This document shows positions 12,608-26,229 of a stretch of DNA of 64,000 nucleotides, one piece after another; within the stretch, counting starts at the first letter, position 1, and every line of letters begins with the position of its first letter. The DNA comes from Octopus sinensis (taxonomy: Eukaryota). The stretch spans positions 46,562,001 through 46,626,000 of the forward strand of contig NC_043014.1 in assembly GCF_006345805.1 (NCBI RefSeq), written 5' to 3'. The notes under the pieces are model-generated. The model worked only from the letters and a program-made list of their open reading frames with translations, did not search any database and was not told where the DNA came from. The translations under genes were made by a program, and so were the position numbers.

Positions 12608-15600
12608 ATATATATATATTGGATAACTGCTAGATATAATATATATATATAATGGATGACTGCTATGTATAAATATTAGATTACTGCTATATATAATAAA
12701 TACTGGATTACTGCTATATATAATATACCGTAAATCCTCGAGTATAGTCCGCCTTTGAGTATAATACGCAGGGGATATTTAGTGGGGCTGTACCTCTGAA
12801 AAACCTAAACCTTGTGTATAATATGCACCCCTTCTCTAACTTGAGTCTCTTTGTAAAACTGTATATGGTAACATCCTTTATTATTATTGTATATATAACA
12901 TAATGCAAACGTGTAACTTTTTTGTGCATTTTGTTTGCAGAAAATAAAGAAATAACAGTAATAACGTTTAATAAATGTTGCTTACTGCAAGTTATGGATG
13001 ATTCTTTTATGACTTCATTGCTTTCAGGCTTAGCTTAGGGTATTTTCGTGCCCGACATCACAAAATGCGTCTGAATAAACATTGCCAGACAGCAAATAGA
13101 TACTTGGACATTGCTTAGGAAATATTTTTCATTTTTAACCTCGTATATAGAACACACTAGGGATTTTGACCTTTAAATTTTGGGGAAAAAATGCGGATTA
13201 TACTAGAGGATTTATGGTATATATTGGATAACTGCTATCTATACTTTATGTATATAACTGCTATATATATAATATATATATATATATATAACTGCTATAT
13301 ATAATATATATATATATAACTGTTATATATACAAGATAACAGGATAAATGTTATATGTAATTTATATACAGGATAACTTATATTTCAGGATGGTCATTTT
13401 TTTTTCCTTGCCAAATAAACAAATGCTCTATGTATTCACTCTTCACTCATTTGATATTGTTCTCATTTTATCTTGTCTTTTGTCTGGAAAACTTTCGTCA
13501 CACACCTGTGACCTCTTCAGCAAATTCTCTCTCCTACGTTTACTCCGTTGCCTGTGAGTATACCCTGGAACTTCACCGCCTTCTCTCCCCTGTTCTCCCT
13601 TGCTCCTTCGCTGTTTTCTACTCCTTCTCTCTCTCTCTCTCTCTTTCCCTTGCTCTTCCCTCTGACTAAGTAATCAAGTATCTCCTCTAAATTGGCACCC
13701 CTGTTTCTGACCTCTTTCTTGTTACCTCTTTCTCTCTTTCCCCTCTCTCTCATCCTCCTTCCTCTCTTCTCCCCCTCTCCCTGGGTAACCATGTACCTCC
13801 TCTATAGCAAGACGCCTGTTTCTGTCTCTCTGTTTCGCTCTAACCTTTCATTATCTGACTCAAGATCCCTGCTTCCATTACCCTCTCTCCTCTCAAAATT
13901 CCTCATCTTGCAAGTTACTTGGTGACCCTGCAGATGCTGATGCCACATAAAAAGCATCCAGTCCACACTTTGAAGTGGTTGGTGTTAAGAAGAGCATCCA
14001 GCTGTAAAAACCCTGCCAAAACAGACACAGAAGTTCAGTGCAGGCTCCTGCCTGGCCAGTTCCTGTCAAACCATCCAACCTATGCCTATATGGAAAGTGG
14101 ACATTAACCCTTTTGATACCAACCTGGCTGAAATCACCTCTGGCTCTGTAGTACAAATGTCTTGTTTTCATAAGTTTTGAATTAAAATCTTCCACCAAAC
14201 CGTAGTCAAAATTTAAGTTCCTAACACTAGCTTAATGATAACCAAATTATTTAATAAATTCTTTGTTATATTTACAATTAATTGAAAGAAACACAGAGCA
14301 TCTCAAAGTAAATACAATAATGAAAGGGTTAAAATATATAATAGAGAAATAATTCTTAACCCTTTTGATACCAACCCAGCTGAAACCGGCTCTGGCTCTG
14401 TAGTACAAATGTCTTGTTTTCATAAGTTTTGAATTAAAATCTTCCACTAAACCTTAGTCACAGTTTATCTTCCTAACACTAGCTGAATGATAACTAAGTT
14501 ATTTTACTAAGTTCTTTGTTATATTTAAAATTAATTGAATAAAACACGAGCATCTCAACAGAAATACAGTAATGAAAGGGTTAATGTGTTAACAACAAAG
14601 AAGATGACAAATATCCATCAAATGTAAATAATGTACAAAATTCCTCATCCCAGATATAGAACTGGTTAAACAGTTGTTACTTATCATAACACTACTTCAG
14701 CTTTTGTTGCAATTAAGTACACTGTATGGTTGAATTCAATTATATTTCTCCAGTTATATTCAGCATCTACTGGCAGAAACGTTAGCACACCGGGCGAAAT
14801 GCTTAGCTGTATTTCGTCTGCTGTTACGTTCTGAGTTCAAATTCCGCCGAAGTCGACTTTGCCTTTCATCCTTTCGGGGCCGATATATTTAAAATTAATT
14901 ATATTTAAAATTAATTGAAAGAAACACAGAGCAGTCGCAATTTATGTTCCTAACACTAGCTGAATGATAACTAAGATATTTTACTAAATTCTTTTTTGTA
15001 TTTAAAATTAATGGAAAGAAATACAGAACATCTCAACATAAATACGGAAATGAAAGGGTTAAACGATGATGATTTTGATATTGATGATGATGATGATGAC
15101 GATTACTGTCTACTAAAAAATATTTTTTCCCAATTAAACCAAGATTTTCTGCAAGGCTGCAGCAGAACTGGCTTCAGTTTGGAGGTTGCTGTTAGACCTG
15201 TTCCCTCTTTTTTTGCTTCTTACATTTTTAAATATATTTCACTCAGCCAATCAAGTGTCAGTGTTACTGTTTGTCTCTATGTATATGTATGAATACGCAC
15301 ATCTGCCAGCATTTCGGTGTATGTGTACATGTGCCTTTATTATATGTCTTTATTAGTGTTTGCCAGCGTGGAGGCGCAATGGCCCAGTGGTTAGGGCAGC
15401 GGACTCGCGGTCGTAGGATCGCAGTTTCGATTCCCAGACCGGGCGTTGTGAGTGTTTATTGAGCGAAAACACCTAAAAGCTCCACGTGGCTCCGGCAGGG
15501 GATGGTGGTGATCCCTGCTGTACTCTTTCACCACAACTTTCTCTCACTCTTACTTCCTGTTTCTGTTGTACCTTGTATTTCAAAAAAGGGCCGGCCTTGT

Positions 15601-18074
15601 CACTCTCTGTGTCACGCTGAATATCCCCCGAGAACTACGTTAAGGGTACACGTGTCTGTGGAGTGCTCAGCCACTTACACGTTAATTTCACGAGCAGGCT
15701 GTTCCGTTGATCGGATCAACCGGGACCCTCGTCGTCATAACCGACGGAGTGTTTGTCAGCGTGGAGGCGCAATGACCCAGTGGTTAGGGCAGTGGACTCG
15801 CGGTCGTAGGATCGCGGTTTCGATTCCCAGACCGGGCGTTGTGAGTGTTTATTGAGCGAAAACACCTAAAAGCTCCACGTGGCTCCGGCAGGGGATGGTG
15901 GTGATCCCTGCTGTACTCTTTCACCACAACTTTCTCTCACTCTTACTTCCTGTTTCTGTTGTACCTTGTATTTCAAAGGGCCGGCCCTGTCACTCTCTGT
16001 GTCACGCTGAATATCCCCAAGAACTACGTTAAGGGTACGCGTGTCTGTGGAGTGCTCAGCCACTTACACGTTAATTTCACGAGCAGGCTGTTCCGTTGAT
16101 CGGATCAACCGGAACCCTCGTCGTCATAACCGACGGAGTGTTTGTCAGCGTGGAGGCGCAATGGCCCAGTGGTTAGGGCAGCGGACTCGCGGTCGTACGA
16201 TCGCGGTTTCGATTCCCAGACCGGGCGTTGTGAGTGTTTATTGAGCGAAAACACCTAAAAGCTCCACAAGGCTCCGGCAGGGGATGGTGGTGATCCCTGC
16301 TGTACTCTTTCACCACAACTTTCTCTCACTCTTACTTCCTGTTTCTGTTGTACCTTGTATTTCAAAGGGCCGGCCTTGTCACTCCCTGTGTCACACTGAA
16401 TATCCTCAAGAACTACGTTAAGGGTGCACGTGTCTGTGGAGTGCTCAGCCACTTACACGTTAATTTCACGAGCAGGCTGTTCCGTTGATCGGATCAACCG
16501 GAACCCTCGTCGTCGTAACCGATGGAGTGCTTCCATCCCATTAGTGTTTGTCAATAGATATGCTTTCAAATCAAGCATTTTCCATCTCTTCTTCTATGTT
16601 CAACTGTTATTTTTTTTGCTTTTTTAAATGGGAAACAAAACCTTCTCTTTGTTAATTGCTTAATACTGTATTTTCCAACATACCATTTGAATATTTCTGA
16701 TCAAAATTTACAGGTGTAGGAGTGGCTGTGTGGTAGGTATCTTGCTTATGAACCACATGGTTCCGGATTCAGTCCCACTGCGTGGCACCTTGGGCAAGTG
16801 TCTTCTACTATAGCCTTGGGCTGACAAAAGCCTTGTGAGTGGATTTGGTAGACGGAAACTGAAAGAAGCCCATTGTATATATGAGTATATATGTTTGTGT
16901 GTCTGTATTTTTCCCCCACCAACATCGCTTGACAACCAATGCTGGTGTGTTTACATCCCCGTAACTTAGTGGTTCGGCAAAAGAGACCGATAGAATAAGT
17001 ACGAGGCTTACAAAGAATAAGTCCTGGAGTGGATTTGCTCGACTAAAGGCGGTGTTCCGGCATGGCCACAGTCAAATGACTGAAACAAGTAAAAGAGTAA
17101 AGAGAGTAAAAAGAGAGAGTCGACTCAATCACCAAGACAATCTTGAAAAACCAAAACAATTCCATGTGAAATGCAGCAGAATTAGGAAAGATAGGGACAA
17201 CATTTGAATGTTTTATATTACATGCTTACACTATATACTACATTGATTTGTATGCTAGAAAATAAATTAATTGTTTAATGGCTTATTTCAAATGTTTAAT
17301 GATAATTTTATTCAATACTCTTTTACTCTTTTTACTCTTTTACTTGTTTCAGTCATTTGACTGCGGCCATGCTGGAGCACCACCTTTAGTCGAGCAAATC
17401 GACCCCGGGACTTATTCTTTGTAAGCCCAGTACTTATTCTAACGGTCTCTTTTTGCCGAACCGCTAAGTGACGGGGACGTAAACACACCAGCATTGGTTG
17501 TCAAGCAATGCTAGGGGGACAAACACAGACACACAAACACAGACACACAAACACAGACACACACATACATATATATATATATATACATATATACGACAGG
17601 CTTCTTTCAGTTTCCGTCTACCAAATCCACTCACAAGGTATTGGTCGGCCCGGGGCTATAGCAGAAGACACTTGCCCAAGATGCCACGCAGTGGGACTGA
17701 ACCCAGAACCATGTGGTTGGTTAGCAAGCTACTCACCACACAGCCACTCCTGCGTAATGTGTTTTTAATTATTTCTTTTTCTTCTTATTCTTCTTCTTCA
17801 TATTATTGCAGTTTGCAAGACATTGATAATGCAGAAGAGGAAAATGAATTCGAGTTGGCCCAACCAGTGTTCTACAGATTACTCGTAGCGTTCTATTACA
17901 TGCTCATCTCTCGCTCCGAGTTGGTTTGCTATTTTCTCATCGTCCTCAACCAAATGATGTCTGCTAGTCTGCTCTCCATGCCTCTGCCAATTATGGTCTT
18001 CCTCTGGGGAATGCTGTCTGTTCCACGACCATCCAAGACATTTTGGGTCACCGTTATCACCTATACTGAGGTAG

Positions 18075-18136
<62 letters not shown>

Positions 18137-18867
18137 TATTATTGTTATTATTATTGTTATTGTTATTATTATTATTGTTATTTTTATTATTGTTATTGTT
18201 ATTGTTATTATTATTATTATTGTTGTTGTTATATTTCAAAATCTGCCAAGTTCGACTTTTCCTTTCATACTTTATGGGTCAATAAATCAAACCCCAGTGA
18301 AACACTGGGGTCGATATGATTGACTAGTGCCCTTCCACCAAATATGAGGCCTTGCGCTTCCAGTAGAAAGGATGATCATTATTATTATTATTATTATATT
18401 ATTATTGAGTGAGAGTGCACTGCATGCCATCAAAGTGACACTGGGGTAAAATATATGAAGCCCAATATACCCATCATGACTACCCGTCTGATAAGGGTAC
18501 ACCAGGCACATGCATCACAACCATATGTGCGCGACATGGTGATCTCATATCAAGATAAACAGCACATGACCTTGCAGGTGGGGCCCAGTTAGAATTTTCT
18601 TCTGGTCAAGTAGCCCATCCCGCTCAAAAGGTCCCTGAATAAGGGTTGTTTAAGGATGTTGAAAGAACCACCCATGTTTCCAGAGGTGAATTATTCAAAC
18701 CCCAAAGAATCTCTCTCAACACATGGCTATGATGCTCCCCCACTACTTCTGCTCGTGATCAGAGATGCACATATCGTCAGCCACCAAGGGACATGCTCAA
18801 CTGGTTACGGTCAAACAACTGACAAGCAAATCTGTGGTATTGAGCAGAATATTTGCTGTAGCCCATC

Positions 18868-18898
<31 letters not shown>

Positions 18899-20775
18899 GT
18901 ATTACTACTGCTGCTGCTGGTGCAGCTACTACTACTGCTGCTGCTACTACTACTACTACTACTACTAAAAAACAGCAAGCTGGCAGAATTGCTAGCATGC
19001 CAGGTGAAATGCTTGGCCATATTTCATCCGTCTTTTATGTTCTGAGTTCAAATTCCACCGAGGCTGACTTTGCCTTTCATCCCTTTGGGGGTCGATGAAA
19101 TAGTGAATAAGTTCGACTTTTATAATCCTGTATTGTGTTGTATTACTTCTGTTTCCAGAATGACAAATGCACATTAGAAATTATGAAATTTAAGTTTAAT
19201 TTTGTTTTGACTTATTTAAGTCAGTTACAGTGAGATTTAAATGGTTTATTTTTTCTTCTTCTCTTGTTTACAGGCTATCGTCGTATTAAAATACTTGTTC
19301 CAGTTTACATTCTTCCCTTGGAATGATGACGACAATTCTAAAAACTGGAAAAACAATCCATTTTGGCCACCACGAATCTTGGGTATTGAGAAGCAAGATT
19401 ACTATGCAACGTATGATCTTGCCTTACTTTTAGTTCTCTTCATACACAGAACCATTTTAAAGGTACGAGACATTCTTGGTTTATTCCTCTTATTCTACAG
19501 GATTACAGCAAATGTGTGTATATGGGAGGTCCATTGTTAGTTAGTTAGTTAGTTAGTTAGTTAATTTGGCTCAAAAGCAAATAGCAAGGCCATGTAGGGG
19601 GACATGGAGTTAAGTACAGGGTGGTGTTCATGTAAAGAGTTCAGGCCACTTGAGGTCCAGGGAGGTTTTGAACAAAGCGGTCGTCGGCATCTTTACCATC
19701 TCGTCTGGCAGCTTGTTCCACGGATCCGCAACCCGGACGGAGAAAGCTCCTCTCCTTCGATTGAGATGAAATCGTCGCAGGTAGAGCTTTTCGGAATGAC
19801 CCCGCAGCCGACGCTCTGGAGCAGGAGTGAAGAACAGTTCTTTCGAGAGGTTACACTTTCCGCTTATGATGCTGTGGGCGAGAATGAGATCACCACAGCG
19901 GCGGCGTTTTTCAAGAGAGAATGCTGTCACCAAGAGGACTTTGATAAATAGCACGCGTTTCCTCACACTTTAACTTATTCAATAGATACTTTGTTTCCAT
20001 GTGCAGAAAATTCACCTTAAGAAATTTCACTGTAAAGGAAAATTCATCATATGGACATCGTCCGTTCATCGTTTAACGTCCGCTTTCCATGCTAGCATGG
20101 GTTGGATGATTTGACTGAGGACTGGCGAACCAGATGGCTGCACCAGGCTCCAATCTTGATCTGGCAGAGTTTCTACAGCTGGATGCCCTTCCTAACGCCA
20201 ACCACTCCGAGAGTGTAGTGGGTGCTTTTACATGCTACTGACATGAGGGCCAGTCAGGCAGTACTGGCAACGGCCACATTCGAGTGGTGTTTTTTATGTG
20301 CCACCTGCACAAGATCTAGTCCAGTTGCACTGGAAACAACCCCACTCGAATGATAAAGCATTTAAAAAAACAAAAAGCCTGAGATAGGCAAGTCTTTATT
20401 CAATATCAAACATTAAAAGAATGCATAATGAGATAATTTAAAATAAAGTTTCTTTATCCTAAAGCAAGTGTCTTCTACAATAGCCTTGGGCCAACCATAG
20501 CCTTTGAGTGGATTTGGTAGACGGAAACTGAAAGAAGCCCATCGTATATGTGTGTGTGTGTGTGTGTGTGTGTCTGCGTTTATCCCCTCATCATCACTTG
20601 ATAACTGATGTCGGTGTGTTTACAACCCTGTAACTTAGCAGTTCGGCAAAAGAGACCAATATAATAAGTACTAGGCTTACAAAGAATAAGTACTGGGGTC
20701 GATTTGTTTGGCTAAAGGTGGTGCTCCAGCATGGCCACAATCAAATGACTGAAACTAATAAAAGAATATAATATA

Positions 20776-20811
<36 letters not shown>

Positions 20812-21941
20812 TCATCATCGTTTAACGTCCGCTTTCCATGCTAGCATGGGTTGGATGGTTCGACTGGAGTCTGGTAAGCCAGGAGGCTGCACCAGGCTCC
20901 AGTCTGATCTAGCAGTGTTTCTACAGCTGGATGCCCTTCCTAACGCCAACCACTCCGAGAGTGTAGTGGGTGCTTTTTACATGCCACCGGCACATGTGCC
21001 AGGCGAGGCTGGCAACGGCCACGATCAGTTTGTGCTTTTTACGTGCCACCGGCACGGAAGCCAGTCAAGGCAGCACTGGCATCGGCCATGTTCGGATGGT
21101 GCAATTTACGTGCCACCGGCACAGGTATCAAAACTACAATTTCCATTTGATTTTTTGATGTTGATGTACTTGACTCAATAGGTCTCCTCAAACTGTATGT
21201 AACTATAGGAAGGACTTTCTCAAATAAATATTGTGGTTGAATAGTTTAGATCAGTGGTTTTCAACCAGGGTTCCGCGGAACGTTAGGGTTCCGCCAGTAC
21301 AGTGCAGGGGTTCCGCAAGAAGTTACAAAACTGCTAAAATCGGCAGTAATTTTTAATTCTCCTGTGCAGACATGTGTGCATAAGACTATTAAATTATTGC
21401 ACAGGGTTCCTCGAGCCAGTGGAATGTTTCCTTGGGGTTCCGCTCCAGCAAAAAGTTTGAAAAGCACTGGTTTAGATTTTAGATTCCTGTTTGCTTCGAT
21501 TAAGAATTCATAATTTATATCGAACGTTGGGTCCATGAACAAGACACTCATTTTGTGCTGCAATAAAAACATGTCGTATCTAAATTAAATGAATTGCTGT
21601 GTTTTACTGTAGCGTTACGGCTTGTGGAAAGATGCTGAAGATATCACAGCTGATCTGGCAAAAGCTGAAGGAAAGGAACTTAGCCCTCCGGCATCACCTC
21701 AGGTGCAAGATGTGAGTAAATCACTTTTCATTTTTCAATTTTCTCGGTGACACTGGCTTGGCTTGCATGGGTGATAGGAAGCTTGCTTCCCAATCACTTG
21801 CTTTGGGGTTCAATCTCACTGCATGGCTTCTCAGGCAAGTGAGTTCTATTATAGCCATGGGCTGACCAAAGCCTTGTGAGTGGATTTGGTAGATGGAAGC
21901 TAAAAGAAGTCCACTGTATAAATATATAGAAAATACACACA

Positions 21942-21993
<52 letters not shown>

Positions 21994-24900
21994 CTGTGTG
22001 TGTGTATATATTGGTGTGTGTGTATATATATATATCTATGTATGTGTATCTTTGTGTTTATGTTTGTCCCCCCCATCACCGATGAACATAAGGTGTATTT
22101 TTATATGGTAGGAGTTATTGCAACAATGGCAGTCATAGTGGTTAGGATGTTGGACTCATGATTGTAAGGTTGTGGTTTCAATTCCTGGAGCAGACAATGT
22201 GTTGTGTTCTTGAGCAGAACACTTCATTTCATGTTGTTCTACTCAGCTGGCAAAAGTGAGTAAGCCTGTGAGGGACTGGCATCCCATCCAGGTGGGGAAT
22301 GAATATATATATGCCATGAAACTGGGAAACCGTCCCTTGTGAGTCAGTGTGACTTGAGAAGGTAACTTTACCTTTACTTTTTACCTAACGATTCCTGATT
22401 TCTTTGAATCAGAAGAAAGACCGACTTCCATGATGTGCCGGGGTTTATGTCATTTTTGCATTGCTGGGTTTTCCTATCAATGGTGGTGGAGAGAGAGAGG
22501 AGAGAGAAGGGGAGAAAGAGAGAGAGAGAGATAGTGAAAGAGAAAGAGAGAGGGGGAGAGAGAAAGACTTAGAAGACTGAATTCAACAGTTGGCTATGGG
22601 CTGGAAATAGTTTGTGATGTTGGGTTTATATGTCATTTTTCTTATCAATGGTGGTGGCAGAGAGAGTGAGAGAGAGGGGATAGAGAGGAGAGAGAGAGGG
22701 GGGATAGAGAGAAGGAGAGAGAGAGAGGGGATAGAGAGAGGGAGAGAGAGGGGATAGAGAGAAGGAGAGAGAGTGAGAGGGGATAGAGAGAGAGAGAGAG
22801 AGGATATATATAGAGAGAGAGGGGATAGAGAGAGAGAGAGAGGGGTGATAGAGAGAGGGTGAGAGAGAGAGAGAGAGACTCAGAAGGCTGGATTCAACAG
22901 TTGGCCATGGGCTGGAAACAGTTTGGGATGCTGGGTTTATTCCATCAGAAATCTCACTGATTTTCGGTGTTGTTTTATTTGTCTACAGATAGAAAGGAAG
23001 TTTGCTGCCTGTGCTGCTGCCCTCGAAAAGCAGGAATACGACTTCGACGCTGGGCAGGAGTCAGAAGTTGATGTTCCTTTGAAAAAGAAGATGATAGTTA
23101 CTCAAGACCCCAAGGACAACAGTCCCCATATTACCACGGTGGAACCTGAACCTGTAGAAGAAGAAGAAATACAGAAGAGAAAGTAAGGATTTCTATTTCA
23201 TTTTTCTTAAAGTACAATCATCAAGAGGAATTGCTATTTAATCAAGTTTTTGCTTTGTTTTTCTCCCAAGAAATTTGTGGCTATAAAAGGGAATGTGTGA
23301 AGCTAGGATTCATCATCATCATCATCATTTAGCATCCGCTTTCCATGCTAGCATGGGTTGGACGGTTCAACTGGGGTCTAGGAAGCCAGAAGGCTGCACC
23401 AGGCCCAGTCTGATCTGGCAATGTTTCTACAGCTGGATGCCCTTCCTAACACCAACCACTCCATGAGTGTAGTGGGTGCTTTTTACGTGTCACCGGCACA
23501 GGTGCCAGACGGGGCTGGCAAACGGCCACGGTCGGATGGTGCTTTTTACGTGCCACCGGCACAGGGGCCAGGCGAGGCTGTCAAACGGCCACGATCGGAT
23601 GGTGCTTTTTACGTGCCACCAGCATGGAGGCCAGTCGGGGCGGCGCTGGCAACGGCCACGATCGGATGGTTCGCTTACGTGCCACCGGCACTGGTATCAC
23701 AGCTGCAATTTCCATTGATGTTGATCGACTTCGATTTTGGTTCTGATTGTTTCTGCATTTTGTCTGGTGAGAATATGCTTGACACATACCTAATGTAGTT
23801 AAGGGATTCCTAACCGACCCTTTTAGACTAACATTCTTGAGTGCAGTACTTTGGCTTCAGAATATCGTTGCCCATTTATTATTCTGGATTGCATCTGGTT
23901 CTCTTTGAGGATTTTGGTAAAGATTTGTGGAGACATAGAAACTTAGTTTCAAAACAGATAAACATTGACTCCTGTGTGTATGTGTGTGTGTGTATATACA
24001 CACGCATACTTCCACAAATTATGTTTATTATGAGACTTCAAATTACACTGTAATTAATTTTAATAAGACTGTGCTAAATATTAACTGGGATGATGTTTAA
24101 ATGCCATCCTCTCCCACAATTAGATGTGAGCCAAGCCTGTTGGTAAAGGATGGCAATTATCCACGTCTTTGAAAGTACCAGGATTTCAATGGTGTTAAGT
24201 TAAGTTAGGTTAATTTTTTGGCTCAAAAAGCAAAAAGCAAGGCCATGTAGGGGGACATGGAGTTATGTACAGGGAGGGTGTTCATGCAAAGAGTTCAGGC
24301 CATTTCTGGTTAAGGGAGACTTTGAACCGAGCGGTCGTCGGCATCTTCACTATTTCGTTCGGCAGCTTATTCCACGGATCTGCATCCCGGACGGAGAAAG
24401 CTCCTCTCCTTCGATTGAGATGAAATCGTTGCAGATAGAGCTTTTCGGAGTGACCCCACTGCCGACACTCTGGAGCAGGAGTGAAGAACAGCTCTTTCAC
24501 AATGGTGTGTTTGTATATTTTTAGAATGACATTGTAGGGTAGGTATGAAAGGTCAATTTGAAGACAAGACAGGTAAAATATTTGGGCCACATATTAAATG
24601 TTAAAGGGTTAATGTTAAATGTTTAAATTAAATGTTAAAGGACTAATCATCATCATCATCAGCAGCAGCATCATTTAGCGTTCACTTTCCATGCTAGCAT
24701 GGGTTGGACGGTGCAACTGGGGTCTGGGAAGCCAGAAGGCTGCACCAGGCCCAGTCTGATCTGGCAATGTTTCTACGGCTGGATGCCCTTCCTAATGCCA
24801 ACCACTCCGAGAGTGTAGTGGGCGCTTTTTACGTGCCACCGGCACAGGTGCCAGACGAGGCTGGCAAACGGCCACCACGGATGGTGCTTTTTACGTGCCA

Positions 24901-26198
24901 CCGGCACGGGGGCCAGGCAAGGCTGGCAACGACCACGATTGGATGGTGTTTGTTACGTGCCACCAGCACGGAGGCCAGTCGATGCGGTGCTGGCTACGGC
25001 CACGTTCGGATGGTTCTCTTATGTGCCACCGGCACATAATGATGTTGATCGATTTCGAATTTAATTTTGATTTTGATTTTGAAAAAAATCGAAATGTATG
25101 TGTTAAGGGTGGAAGATTTAGGACGACGACAACGACGCAGATGAATTTATGGATGGAAAAAGGATGATGATTGTGTTAACAAAATTTATTTTGTAACCAT
25201 TTAATAAAGCTTTGCATTGTTTTATTGTTGACCTCTTTGCAAAAGGTCATTGCATGTGGCTGTTGCTTCTGTGTTTGTGACATTTTCTTTGCTCTTGCTC
25301 TTCAGTGTTTTAGCAGTTCTTGAAGCAAGGTAAGATATTTTGTTGCATGCGGTGTCGGGTAATCCCTCGTCCCCTTCAATATCCTCCCTCCTGTGTTGCT
25401 GAAACATTTTAACATGCCGTAGGTTTTAGGTGTAGTATTCTATCTGGTTTCCCCTGCTTCATTTTTTTTTTTTTTCACCCGCCGCACTTGCTAATATAAA
25501 TAAACTGACCTTGCTTTTTAGGTTTGGAAGAGATCGATAAAGTGATACACGTGTAGTTTAGAGTTAGAAGATAGAGCGAATGGCAAAAGAACAGGAAGGT
25601 TGTCCAGCCAAACATCTACCCTATCAGATTTCTGTTTTAGTCTCAATAAGGTCAAATTTATCCACCCCATCATCATCATCATCATTTCTTTTGGTTGCAC
25701 GTCGCTGAACGGCTTCCAGATGATTAATATCCTGGGCAAGATAGGGTTTCCAGACCGGTGATGCAAATTCCAGGTGAGGTCTTACCATAGCTATATAAAG
25801 CCGCAGACAGATAGCTGGAGAGCGGCTCACAAAGGATTTGGTGAGTGATGCCAAGACACCCTCAGCCTTCTTGACAATTTTAGCGATGTGTTTTGTCCAA
25901 CGCAAATCACTGTCGACAATAACACCCAGGTCACGTTCACATGAAGACTTTTTGTGATTAGTGTTGTGGAGGGAGTAGGTGGACACTGGGTTTCTCCTCC
26001 CAAAATGTATGGTGGTACATTTGTCCACAGCCAGCTTGAGTTGCGAGTCCATGATCCACTGCTGCATTGTGTCCAGGTCTGCTTGCAATAGAGATCTATA
26101 GTGTGCAGGATTTGACCTCTTTATTTCGAGGTACAGCTTAATGTCATCTGCATATTTCAGCACTGTGGCATTCTTTAAGTTGGCATCTATGTCATTAA

Positions 26199-26229
<31 letters not shown>

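Noticed and set aside
17498-18319. 273-aa ORF as a single gene
   Set aside because: Chimera of a reversed SINE, the true PIEZO exon 17812-18070 and an (ATT)n repeat.
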